Shown here: one piece after another, positions 45,120-55,784 of the stretch
Layout of the letters: every line of letters begins with the position of its first letter
Position numbering within the stretch: the first letter of the stretch is position 1
NCBI GenBank assembly: GCA_030167865.1
Contig: JALAGF010000277.1
Location: 62,001-117,784, forward strand
Source of the DNA: Craspedostauros australis
Taxonomy: Eukaryota
Direction: 5' to 3'
DNA length: 55,784 nucleotides
Position numbers and translations under genes: made by a program
Notes under the pieces: model-generated
Databases searched by the model: none
The model's input: the letters and a program-made list of their open reading frames with translations, nothing else
What the model was told of the DNA's origin: nothing

Positions 45120-45162
45120 GTTCGCGAGAATGTCAACCGCGAGGTCTAAGCACTGGCTCTGT

Positions 45163-45196
45163 TGCTTGTACTGCTTGTACTGCTTGTACTGCTTGT
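45163..45196. repeat. 9-bp tandem repeat (TGCTTGTAC), about 3.7 copies, upstream of the UXT-like gene
   Basis: tgcttgtac tgcttgtac tgcttgtac tgcttgt. Confidence 0.8.
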
Positions 45197-46065
45197 GTTC
45201 TGGTCTGCGTGGATGCCCATACCCGTCGTCACAATCGTGATCGTCGATGTCTTGGAATGCCCCCACAAGTGGAAGGCATCACATGGACATCACCTGCGCT
45301 GTGGACAAGAACCTCATCACTCTTCCATGTCAGCTGTGGATACCATTTCGTGTTTGCGGCAGTGTTTGGACCGACAAGTTCTTGACTTTTTCGCGCCCAA
45401 AACGTGTTTTTCTTGGATGATTGTGTAGTCAATCGAGTCGAGCCTCTGTGCACAGACAGACCACATCACGGAATTGATGCTCCCAGTCCCATGCAGTATT
45501 CGTTCACGGTCTACGCCGCCCATAAATTCCAAGCAAATCACCTCGTTCGCCATGACACTCACGCGACACGGTTTCAATAAAATTGATCGCTCCCGATTTC
45601 GATAATTCTTGCCGCGACAAAATGCCACATCACGATCGATTCACAGGAGGGCAACATTGCATGCACTTCAAGGACAAGAGGATTTATGGATCTTCATTCG
45701 TTGCGCCGCATTCGATTGCACAGATGCTGGGATGGTCATTGGAGGAAGGAATCGATGAGAGAAGACGGGCAACACCATAACACTCCTGGTCACTTCTGTC
45801 GGGGAGTCGACAAGATGCGGATCTCCCAACACAAACGCAACGCACAATCGCACGAGGTTGTCGCTGTGGCGGTGCCGCCACTTTGACCGCTGTTGCTGTC
45901 GTCTTTGTTGCCTTTGTTGCCTTCCTGTCAGATTCCTCTTCTGCTCATAATCAGCAACTGCTGCAAAATTCACTCTTCAACCAAAAGTCCCAACAGTGTT
46001 CACACCATCATCAACAGCGACAACGTCCGCAACACCAGACACTCACTCCGCCACTCTTCTGCGCC

Positions 46066-49000
46066 ATGGCTCGAAAATCATCCAAACGCTACGGCAGCGT
46101 AGACACTGTCCCAGACACGGCCGCCGACAATGGCAATGGCAGTCGCAATGGCAATGGCAATCACGATGCCAACCGCAATGGCGCAGCTGATGCCATCACA
46201 TCGCAGGCAGCCTCCAACTGCGACGTGACGCCTCACCTTCTCCTCTCGAGTTCGTACAAGGATCACTTCACCCTCCAGGCATCATCGTGCATCATCCGTT
46301 CCGGTTGCAAGAACAAATGCTCGCGAGTATTCCAGATCCCCGGCGCCCAGCTCGTTCTCGAAGAAACGCACAACCCAGATACCAAGAAGACCAACTTCAG
46401 GATGAAGCACCTGAAGACGGCCACGAAGAAGCTGCAAGGGGTGCGTGCCGTTTACACCGCCGTCGCCGTGCTCTTCACGGGCTTCGTCTTCGCCTTCTTC
46501 ATGCAGATCCTGCTCAACCTCGTGCTGGACCTGACCCTGCAGTCCGGTCAAACCTCCGTTTCCAGCAAGAGCAGCAAGCACACCATGGTCGGTATCATCC
46601 TCGCCATCGTCGGCTTGATCAAGGCATTCTCTTCCACCATGGTCATCGCAGGCCGATACTGCGAGGAGCTCTGGACAGGTCACGTCTTCTTAAACCAGTA
46701 CTTCTACTACGGCAATGCCAACTTCAACAACGCAACGGCCGAGTGGTTCTTCTCCAGCTTCATGCTGCTCATGCCTCTCATCGTCCTCGCCGGTACGCTC
46801 TTGCTCAAGGTGCAGGACTTTTGGAGGATCAGCTCCCTCTTTTGGCTGTGTTCGGTCGCCGTGGCCTTCCTGATCTTCATGTTCAAGCTTGTCTACTTCG
46901 AACTCAACGAGGCCATTGAATTCATGAAGGGATGGAATCGCAAGTGCGACAGTGACCATGCCGTTGCTACCGCTGCCACCAATGGAGGCAACAATGGCAA
47001 TACTGACCATGCCACCAGGTCCAACTGGAGCGAGACCTTCAGGGCCATCCACGACTGCATCATCATGCGCCAAGTCAGCACCTACAGCGACCAACGAACC
47101 CGCATCGTTCTGCACCGGTCCGACTACAACAAAGCCGCTCGACGCACTGGCGAAGGACGTGTTGGCGTTGATCACATGGAAGACGACTGGAACCGCTTCC
47201 GGCCTTGGGGAACCTCCATCATGAAGTCGTCCTGGTTGCAACCAGGCGGGCTCGGTCTCTTCCATCAGCTCGAAACGCCGAAGCACGTGAAGAGCGTTGA
47301 CGATGTCCGTGAATACCGCCCGTTCCTCGTCAAGTCGTCGTGGGGACTGGAGCGCATCTTCTGCCGCCCGGCCAAATCCCGATACATTGGCATCGTCAGC
47401 GGATCCGGCGCTCTCGACAAGGTCCAGATCAACAGCAGCTTCTACTTCTACGTCCTCGCCACCGCAATCTGGATGACTCTCGGTGTGGGAGTCCTGGTGT
47501 GGTTCAACATCCACATGACCATCATTTTCACTGCGATCTTCTGCATGATCGGAATCGCATTCTTATCCTTCGTTCGCACAAGCAAATTGGCCGACTTCGT
47601 CTCCAAGCAGACGACGGAGGCCAACAGGGGAGCAAACGTCGATACCTCCCAGTCGGGCGCAAGCATGGGGTAAGTGTCATTTGCATTTCGTTGTCGTATT
47701 GGTGTGTACCCACGAACGAGTGGAAGTCCGAGGTGGCAGTCACATCACATGTCTAACCACCAATGTTGCCTGTTCCTTGATTTTGAATCGCATTCTCCAC
47801 AACAATCTCGATCAATCGATCAATCGCCCCATCACTCAATCATCCCTTCCATTACTCGTCCCCACAGGGTCTTGTGGGAGTACAAGTGCGTCAGAACGAC
47901 CGAACCAACCGAGCGCATGTGCTGGATTCTCTTCGTTGTGGAGAACTTCGTCTTCATCGTCTACCCTTTCCTCACTCTTTGCAGCCTCGGCAACACGATG
48001 ATCGCGGGGATGTTTCTCGTCGCCATCATCGTGTACGGCACGAGGTACTACTTGGATGTCGCCATGGCCATCGAAGAAGCAGGTACAATCGAGCATGCCG
48101 CCGCGCCGGGCAGACAGCATGAATGGATGAAGCAATCCTGCCTGTCAAACACGGTTGGAAAGATCAGCAACGACGAGACCAGAGTGCTCTGGTCTCGCGT
48201 CTTTTGGGCAGTCGGCTTGATCTACATCTACCTCTCTGTGGTCACCACGGACACCAACCCAGAATCGAAGCAGATGGTGCAGCACATCTACTTGGACGAT
48301 TTCATGTACGAGCCACCGTCGGGCAGCATGATGACGCCAGTCTGCAGCCTCATGGGAGTCAACGACGTCTTCGGGGAGGGCTCCACCCTCCTCGACTATG
48401 TGTAAGTTCCAATTGCGTTACGAAAGAAGATCGAGCGGCCCTGGCTGCGAGATTTCAGCAGGAAGAAGAATCAGTTGCATCGACCATCTCCGACTACACC
48501 TGTCGCCTTGCTTTACCGTGTATCGTCTCGCATACTGACTGATTGACTGACTGAATGACGACACTTCGCTCCATCCTCTTTTTTGCTCGTTCTATCTCTG
48601 CCTTCGTCGGTCCCTTCCTTCGTCTCCGCATTCCTCATCGACGCACTCGACGCCGTGTGGGATAATGCCACAATGCAATCATGCCATTCCGATCGCAAAC
48701 AGTTTCCTTGCTGGACTGGCATACAACACGAATGACACTACAACCAGCGAGCTGGATGGCTGGTTCCGCACTGGCCTGCCGGCGGCCTACCACCCAGCTG
48801 CTGTCATCGACTACAAGAAACGCACCAACAATGTGAACAGCGCCGCAAGCTTCAAGCTCTTCACCATCGACGACACAAAGACTGCCATCGTTTCCATCCG
48901 CGGGACACAGAACGCATTCGATGTCCTTGCCGACAGCCAATTGTGGTCATCGGCCGTGATCGTCCAAGGAATCCGCCTGTTGCTCCCCTTCGGAAACATC

Positions 49001-49911
49001 TGGACGCCAATCTTGGAGAGTGAGTGCGATGCTTCAGATGTGTTGCGGAATTGGTTGCATCGCGATGACGTGCACTGGGCATCCCTTGCACCGACTACGA
49101 GTACCAATGCCCTTCCAATTGTCCGAGTACGCACCAGCTCCAGCTCACCTCCGCTACTTTTTTCTATTCCTTCTCTCTTTGTCTGTACCACCACTTCGTG
49201 CTCATCTGTGCACACCCATCATACTGTACTCTCTCAACTTCCCACCTGGTCTCTTCTCCTCACGCAACAGCCCTAGTCGCTGCCATGAACATCATGGAAT
49301 CGAAGGCCGTCCAAGATGTTTCCTTTGACACGGTGATCACACCGTTCATCAAGGAACTGAAGGAGAGCGGCAAGTACGACCACGTTCAGGTCACGGGCCA
49401 CTCGCTCGGCGGAGGTTTGGCGATGATCACTGGATCGCAGGCCAAGGTGCCCGCAGTCGCCGTGTCTGGACCAAACGCCGTGCTATCTGGAGCATCCCTG
49501 GCAAACAAGGTGAACCAAAAGGAGCTCAACAAGTACACTTTCAATATCGTCCCCGACCGAGACATCGTCCCCCGCATCGACGATCTGGCCGACAACTTCA
49601 AGCGCATCAAGTGCAACGCCCCGGTCAGCGATTTCATCGGCTGTCACGATTTCACCCGCGCTTTGTGCGAAATCGCGACCACCTGCGGATCCGCTAACCG
49701 ACCGGTGCTGTGTGCCTGTCACACTAAGTTTAACTTCCCATTGCCGGTTCCGAAGCCAGGAACCAAGCGCACCTTCGAAGAGGCATGCGCCGACGATCCC
49801 AACAAGCCAGTTCCTGAGCAAGAGGGCATGACCACGGGAGCTGCCGCAACTGCGCAGACCGCCAAGATCGTCGACAGGATCATGGAAAGCTTCAGCGACG
49901 GGGATTTCTAA
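46066..49911 (+). CDS. Multi-pass membrane class 3 lipase, 1031 aa; exons 46066-47669, 47868-48401, 48703-49019, 49271-49911
   Basis: In-frame GT-AG introns (3096 nt). About 9 TM segments, then IVSIRGT, VTGHSLGGG (nucleophile), DRDIVPRID (Asp) and GCHD (His). Cys-rich tail. Confidence 0.88.
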
Positions 49912-50632
49912 ATGTCGAAAACACACACAATACCCATTGGTTCGTGAGCTGTGTTCCAAGCCTGTTTCATGGAACATCGATAACAGCACTTTATACTCCT
50001 ACTCTAATCATTAAATACTCTTTGTGATCACAATGCTTTCATTGGGTGGCAGGCAGGAGGCGCAGCAAGCGCAGTAGATGTACCGCACAGTAAAGTAGCA
50101 TTCCAACGCTGCTCTCATTTCCATAACCCCAACTCGCGCCTGTTGCTTTCATTAGAGACGTTGCGTGGTTTGTATAATAGGACCTATGCAGAGCACCAAC
50201 ATTGCTCCTCCAATCTCGATTGAGCTCGTAGAATGGATCGATGGTATCCTTCTTGTTGATTGGTGATGCCGCCCATTTTGGAGGTATTGTTTTCTGATAC
50301 TCATTGTTTAGTACCACATTGTTTCTTCAACAAAAGATACTGGACGAACGCGGAATGCCTCCACGCAACGAGTTGTTTCGTGACGCCTCGTGTTTCTCAC
50401 GGTTCGCACCGATCCACCATGTCGCGAAAGTCAACCCAACCCAATTCATCACAACCCAAGAGCGTGAAGAGAGATTCGAGCAGAGCAGAGAAAGCACCAC
50501 AAAGGATCACTCCACTTGACCTCATTCGAAGTCGCGCGATTGCCAACAGGAAAGCGAGCAGCATCAGCATCAGCAGCAGCAGCAGCAGCAGCAAATAAGC
50601 GGAATAAGGAGCGTACTCGCAGGACATTCAAG

Positions 50633-51646
50633 ATGAGGGAACTCCCACAGGAAAAGATCATCGTGTACGTTGTGTCAGTCGCGTTGGTGGTGGCCATCGC
50701 CCCGTTCCTCGGAAAGCTGAAGCGCACGAGAGGCAAGAACCTCATCTTTCACGGCATCTACGTGGCCGCCTGCGTCGCGTCCCTCGTCTTCCTCCCTGAC
50801 TTCATCCAGGATGAGATCTTCACGCCGGGCGGAGTCATCGTGATCGGCACCATCCTGCCCGTCTACGAGAGCATCGAGGCCATCTGCACGCCAGGTGAAG
50901 AGGACGACACCGTCTGGCTGCAGTTCTGGATCGCCTCCGGAACGCTGTCCTACACGACGGAGTTCATCGACGACATCCGCCACATGTTCCCGTCCGGCGG
51001 CGAGCACTGGTACCAGTTCGAGTTCTTCATCACCATGTGGCTCATGCTGCCCTTCACGGACGGCGCCACGCTCATCTACGACCTCTTCACGGAGCCCTAC
51101 CTGGCCCCCATCGCCATCAGCATCAAGTCCAAGACCGAGGGATGGATCCACCTCGTCCTCACGGCCGTCAACACGTCCTACATCTGGCTCATCTGGTTCA
51201 CCTTCATGACGTTCCCCGAGGAGCAGCGGCGGTTCATCACGGTCGCGGTCGGCACCGTCTACCCGCTGGCCGCCAGCACGGTGGCCATCACGACCAAGTC
51301 CGACGGCACGGACGACACCTACTGGCTCACGTACTGGTGCAGCTTCAGCCTCCTGTTCCTGGCGATGGATTACTTGGAGAACTTCGTGGGCCACATCAAG
51401 GGATTCTACAGTCTGTGCCTCGTGGCCACGGTCTACCTCTTCCTCCCCATGTTCGAGGGTGCCAACGTCGTCTTCCGCCGCGTGCTCGTGCCCCTGTCGG
51501 GACAGTACGAGAACATGCTGCTCCACGATGCCTTCCTCGTCCGCAGAGGCATGGAGGCCAGCATCGCGCCGGAGTACCATGACGATGTCTTCCACAAGGC
51601 CGCCAAGGTCTTCACCAGCACCGCCACCAACAAGAAGAAGGAATAA
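50633..51646 (+). CDS. HVA22/TB2-DP1 (REEP/Yop1) family protein with two tandem domains (337 aa)
   Basis: IGTILPVYESIEAI..DDTVWLQFW..WLMLPFTDGA and VGTVYPLAASTVAI..DDTYWLTYW..YLFLPMFEGA. Confidence 0.9.
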   Translation: MRELPQEKIIVYVVSVALVVAIAPFLGKLKRTRGKNLIFHGIYVAACVASLVFLPDFIQDEIFTPGGVIVIGTILPVYESIEAICTPGEEDDTVWLQFWIASGTLSYTTEFIDDIRHMFPSGGEHWYQFEFFITMWLMLPFTDGATLIYDLFTEPYLAPIAISIKSKTEGWIHLVLTAVNTSYIWLIWFTFMTFPEEQRRFITVAVGTVYPLAASTVAITTKSDGTDDTYWLTYWCSFSLLFLAMDYLENFVGHIKGFYSLCLVATVYLFLPMFEGANVVFRRVLVPLSGQYENMLLHDAFLVRRGMEASIAPEYHDDVFHKAAKVFTSTATNKKKE

Positions 51647-51860
51647 ATGCAGGAATGCGTCGAGGTACGTCGCTATCCTCTGAAGTTTGTCCGCTTCCAA
51701 TAGTACGTACTCCAGAGTACACCACACATAAATGAATGTAGCACCGTCAATAGCAAATCATGTTGTACGTTTGGGGCGTCTGTTTCAGTGTGAAGGCAGT
51801 TATTCGTTATGTGTCTGTTGTGTTTCTCTATGTTGCTGTCATTGTTTTCCCATACATTGC

Positions 51861-53873
51861 CTATCGCAGCCTCTCCAAATGTAGCTGTCGGTCAAACTGG
51901 AAGGCGTTGCCGACGCCGAGACCCTGGCCCTTGGGATCCACCAGCATCTTGAGGACGGGATCGCGAGTTCCGCCCTCGTGCTGCACGCGGAGGGCGCTGG
52001 CCGTGTTGAGGAAGCTGGTATCGTAGGTCCAGTTGTGCCCATCTCCGTGCAGGTATAGGAGGGGGTACTGGCGGCCGAGCTCGTTGCGGACGATCTCCTT
52101 GAGCGGATCGAAGAAGTTCGCGTGCTTGCCTCTGTTGGGTGTGGCGTGCGCCATGACCACGACGCCAAGCGCCTTGTTGGGGATGTTCTGCTTGACGAGC
52201 TGCTGGATCCACCAGATTTCAGCGGCGTGGCGTCTTCTCCATTCTCCACGATCGTGGACGTTGCCACCCACGACCTTGAGGCCGATGAACAGGGTGTGCT
52301 TGTGGATGAACGCGAAGTTCTCCGGGTATTCGGCGTGTCTGACAACGCCAAAGTTGTGGCTCCAATTGTCCTCCAGGCGCATGAAGTTGGTCTTCCACCG
52401 TCTCCAGGCCAGATCGACGCCGGCCTGGTTGCCGCAATCATTCCACTCGTTGTCTCCGGGGACGATGAAGACGGGGATAGCGGAATTGATGAGCATGGCG
52501 CGCACCTGCGTGAACTTGTTGCCATCACATCTGTCCGCCGCCGACATGATATCACCGAGATGGATCATGAATTCGCAGCCTCCCGTCTGCTGCGCTATCT
52601 GGATTGGTAGATCGATCTCCTCGTCATCGAAGTACGGGACGTCGGCGATAACGCAGACTGTGGACAGCGTCGTTTGATCCAGCGGATCTCTGGGCGTGGG
52701 CAATTGTCCAATTGGTTCGTACCCCTCTGCGGTGGGGTTCGAGGTTGGGTTGCCCGTTGTGGGTGCCTGCGTCGGTGCACGAGTTGGGGTGCTGGTTGGC
52801 CTGGCTGTTGGGGTGCTGGTCGTTGGCGTTCGTGTTGGGACGCGGGTTGGAACGAAGGACGGCAACGTTGATGGCTGAGGGCTCGGTGGCTGAGATGGGG
52901 TCGATGAAGGCGGCGCACTGGGCACCGAGGATGGGATCGATGAAGGCGGCACGCTGGGAATCGAGGATGGTTTTGATGACGGGAGCTCGCTGGGAATGGA
53001 ACTCGGCCGAGATGTCGACGGTGTGATCGATGGCATACGAGATGGTAGCGACGTGGGCACGCTGGTTTGGAACTTGTCAAAGTCAAAGCCATTCGAGCCG
53101 TTGCTGTTTCCGCTGTTGGACGACATTCCGATCATGAGCGCGACGCCTAACGTGATACCCAGGGTCACAACACAAATCATGGCAACCAGAATGGCCACCT
53201 TGCGGCGTCTGGGCATGGGCTGCTTTCCCATGACGCCAGAGGTCGAGAGAAGCGAGCTGCCGCTGGGATCCATGCCGTCGCCTCCTTCTGCACCGCCAAC
53301 GATAATGCCACCGCCACCAGCAGCGCTGGTTTCGCCGCTGCATGCATCGGATGCGGTGGATACCTCCATGTCAAAGCTGTTGGCAACAGTCGATGCCTGT
53401 TTGTTGGTCCTCCAGGATCCGAGCGGTGCCGTTCCTGGAGTAGACGAAGACGCTTTCGGTATCGAAGCCTTCACAAGGGTGCTCATTGTGAGGTCGGAAG
53501 TGTTGGTCTCGTTCGCTGGGTTCTCGTTGTTGTTGCTGTTGGGAGTGTTGCTGTTGTGAGTGATGTTGTCATTGTAGAACCCGCTGCCGAAGACGTTGTC
53601 GAAGCCGTCGCCGTTGCTGCTCGCTTCAACACCATCTGTTGCGCTCATCCTCGGCATGCCATCCCCGTTTTCGTGGCCGTGGCCGTCCTGTGACACATCA
53701 TCGTGATTGGCGGCATGATCGTCATCAGCACCAAGCGTTGTATCACCCACCACAAGGCCTGTGACTTCGTCCTGATCCCCGTAGCAGTCCATGGATTCCT
53801 CCAGGTTGTCATACTGCGCGCCGTCTCGGTTCTTCCCCATCGCGAGTGATCGTCCGAAGCCTTGTATTCTCAT
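51861..53873 (-). CDS. Type II membrane calcineurin-like metallophosphoesterase with a Pro/Ser/Thr stalk
   Basis: RRRK followed by one TM helix; PSSxPS/PTxxPT stalk; motifs VIADVPY, IHLGDI, VPGDNEWNDC, VMAH, YLHGDGH. Confidence 0.88.
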   Translation of the reverse strand: MRIQGFGRSLAMGKNRDGAQYDNLEESMDCYGDQDEVTGLVVGDTTLGADDDHAANHDDVSQDGHGHENGDGMPRMSATDGVEASSNGDGFDNVFGSGFYNDNITHNSNTPNSNNNENPANETNTSDLTMSTLVKASIPKASSSTPGTAPLGSWRTNKQASTVANSFDMEVSTASDACSGETSAAGGGGIIVGGAEGGDGMDPSGSSLLSTSGVMGKQPMPRRRKVAILVAMICVVTLGITLGVALMIGMSSNSGNSNGSNGFDFDKFQTSVPTSLPSRMPSITPSTSRPSSIPSELPSSKPSSIPSVPPSSIPSSVPSAPPSSTPSQPPSPQPSTLPSFVPTRVPTRTPTTSTPTARPTSTPTRAPTQAPTTGNPTSNPTAEGYEPIGQLPTPRDPLDQTTLSTVCVIADVPYFDDEEIDLPIQIAQQTGGCEFMIHLGDIMSAADRCDGNKFTQVRAMLINSAIPVFIVPGDNEWNDCGNQAGVDLAWRRWKTNFMRLEDNWSHNFGVVRHAEYPENFAFIHKHTLFIGLKVVGGNVHDRGEWRRRHAAEIWWIQQLVKQNIPNKALGVVVMAHATPNRGKHANFFDPLKEIVRNELGRQYPLLYLHGDGHNWTYDTSFLNTASALRVQHEGGTRDPVLKMLVDPKGQGLGVGNAFQFDRQLHLERLR

Positions 53874-55784
53874 TGCGAGAGTTGATTCTTACTTGTTGGT
53901 TGGGTGGTTGAATACGGCTGCCTCGTTGCTCGTGTGTTTGCTGAAGACTTCTTTGTTTGGTGTTGCTGTTGTTGATGCTGTTATTGTTGGTGTTGTTGGT
54001 GATGTTCGATAGATTGCTGCTCTTTGTTGATTTGTTTCTTGATTTATGGGAGGCGGAGTCTCCTCTTCACAACTTACACACACAGAAAGAAAGAAAGAAA
54101 GAAACAGAGAGAGTATACTCGTGCTTGAGCTGTGTCTTTGTGATGTATGTGTTGTGCATGTGCTATGGATGTGCGGTGTACGTGCTGTTTTGCAGTGTGA
54201 CTCTCCGTCTACCGACACGTTGTCTTGTCTTGTATTATACCAGAGTAGTATAGTTACTATACGAGTATATGTGTGCAAACCGTGGTTGATGAGTTTGATT
54301 TGATTGATGGCTTGTGACTTATCTTGCCAAGATCGGTCAGATGTTGTCTTTGGTTTCCTTCGCTGGCGGATGAGTTGATGAGTGGATGAGTTGAAGATGA
54401 ACAATGCAATGAAGGAGTGGCAACTCAATCGGCAAACTGATGGGTCAGTGGAGGAGTTGTATTGCTTCGTTTCTTCGCCTTGTGTCTGGTGGAGGTCGAT
54501 CCGGTTCCGTGTGGATGATCGCTCGTGTGGTACGATCGAGTGGAAGCATGAATCGATCAGTCGAAATCAGGCGTGGGCCTCTCTGTTTCCGTCTCTCTCT
54601 CTTTGTCTTTCTCTCTTTGTCTTTTGTCTCTCTCTCTCTCAGTTGAGTTGAGTCGAGTTGCTTTGGCGTCTCCCCTTGTTGGCTTGCGTTTTGGCAGCGC
54701 TTTGTGGGTGGTTTGGTTCGTACTCTGCCTAACTCTTTCCTGCGCGAATCTTGTGTTTGTCTGTTGACTTTTGTGGCTTCCGACTTTCGGAGATGCGTGC
54801 CGATGATTTGTCGCGACTCTTCCAGTGTTCTCTTGCCCGTGTGTGGCTCTGGATGGTCACGCTCTGTCTGATGCCAAGCGCGCACGCTCGAATTCAAAAT
54901 TCGTCGGCCGTTGCGGCGCGACATATTTCTAAAGAATCTACATTATGATAACATACATATCTTGATACTATATATCATCATGCATAGCAATTCGTGAGTC
55001 TTTTTCAAGACCTCAGTCAGTCCACTCCAACCAATGGCTTTCAAACACATGAACGCTGGGCGCGATGCCTGTGACTCTATTTGTCCGGTTTCTCGTCACG
55101 CATCTTCGGACACACAATTCTTGAAAGGTGCCCCAAATCCGAACTATTTTGCACTGCCACAACCTGCGTTGTTGTGCTCTGTGGTGCTCTGTGGTACTTA
55201 GTGGTTTTATGGGCGTGCTGCATTTTAATTGCGCACGAACCGTGCTGCCTTTCGATACCATCCACTCGTTCATCCACTCAAGCATCGCATGATCGTGATC
55301 GCAATCACATGCACTCGTACTACTAGAGGATGCATTGCAGTGCTGATGACCTTAGCAGAATACTATATTGCCTCTCAAGAATATAGTAGTACTACTCCGA
55401 CCGGAAAGGATTCAGCCATCACGCCGACCAGGCGGAAATGTGTCCGCCGGCCATGCCCAACGGACAAAGCAGCGGTAAAATACAACATTCGTATTAATGT
55501 CTCTTTTCGTCCAACAGGAAAACTAGATCCGGGTTCTTCCCATCAAATGACATCAATCCCGACGTCGGTTTCAGTTCTATCGGTCTTGTAGGGTATGCCT
55601 TCATGTCAGTATCTTGTGTTGTCTTGTTAGTCTGTCTGGTAGTTTGTGTGTGTGTCTGCAAAGCGGTAGTGCTCCTTCATCTTGCGGAAGAGAAGTGCGT
55701 GGCGTTGACTTCAGTAGAGTGCGATTGTGCAATGCAGTACTATTGTAGACTCTACTACAGTGTCATCATTGTTCGCCATCTATT

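Noticed and set aside
1-55784. Operon-like functional cluster, CRISPR array or intact transposon
   Set aside because: Gene functions are heterogeneous; no repeat-spacer array and no transposase, reverse transcriptase or integrase motifs were seen.

Overview
Gene-dense eukaryotic nuclear DNA, inferred to be from a diatom (probably pennate). Evidence for this: GT-AG introns, bipartite signal-peptide+Phe plastid presequences and (CAA/GTT)n microsatellites. I can support about 18 protein-coding genes; seven spliced models were rebuilt by hand and keep frame: a fatty acid photodecarboxylase (FAP)-type GMC oxidoreductase, an LPA1-like/SnoaL-like fusion, a copine, a FAM173-like methyltransferase, a DJ-1, a ~1930-aa protein with a divergent SET-like domain, and a multi-pass class 3 lipase. 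Single-exon genes include NOP2, TMEM53-like, JMJD4, MYG1, UXT-like prefoldin, a double HVA22 protein, a stalked metallophosphoesterase and several hypotheticals. I found no tRNA, rRNA, CRISPR array or intact transposon. The most notable items are the FAP with an atypical presequence and altered tunnel residues, the SET-like + MBD-like protein, the CpG-depleted palindrome-rich island just downstream of it, the LPA1-SnoaL-CxCxxC fusion, a GADD34-like PP1-docking protein, and uniformly long introns. Family calls come from motif recall, not database searches.
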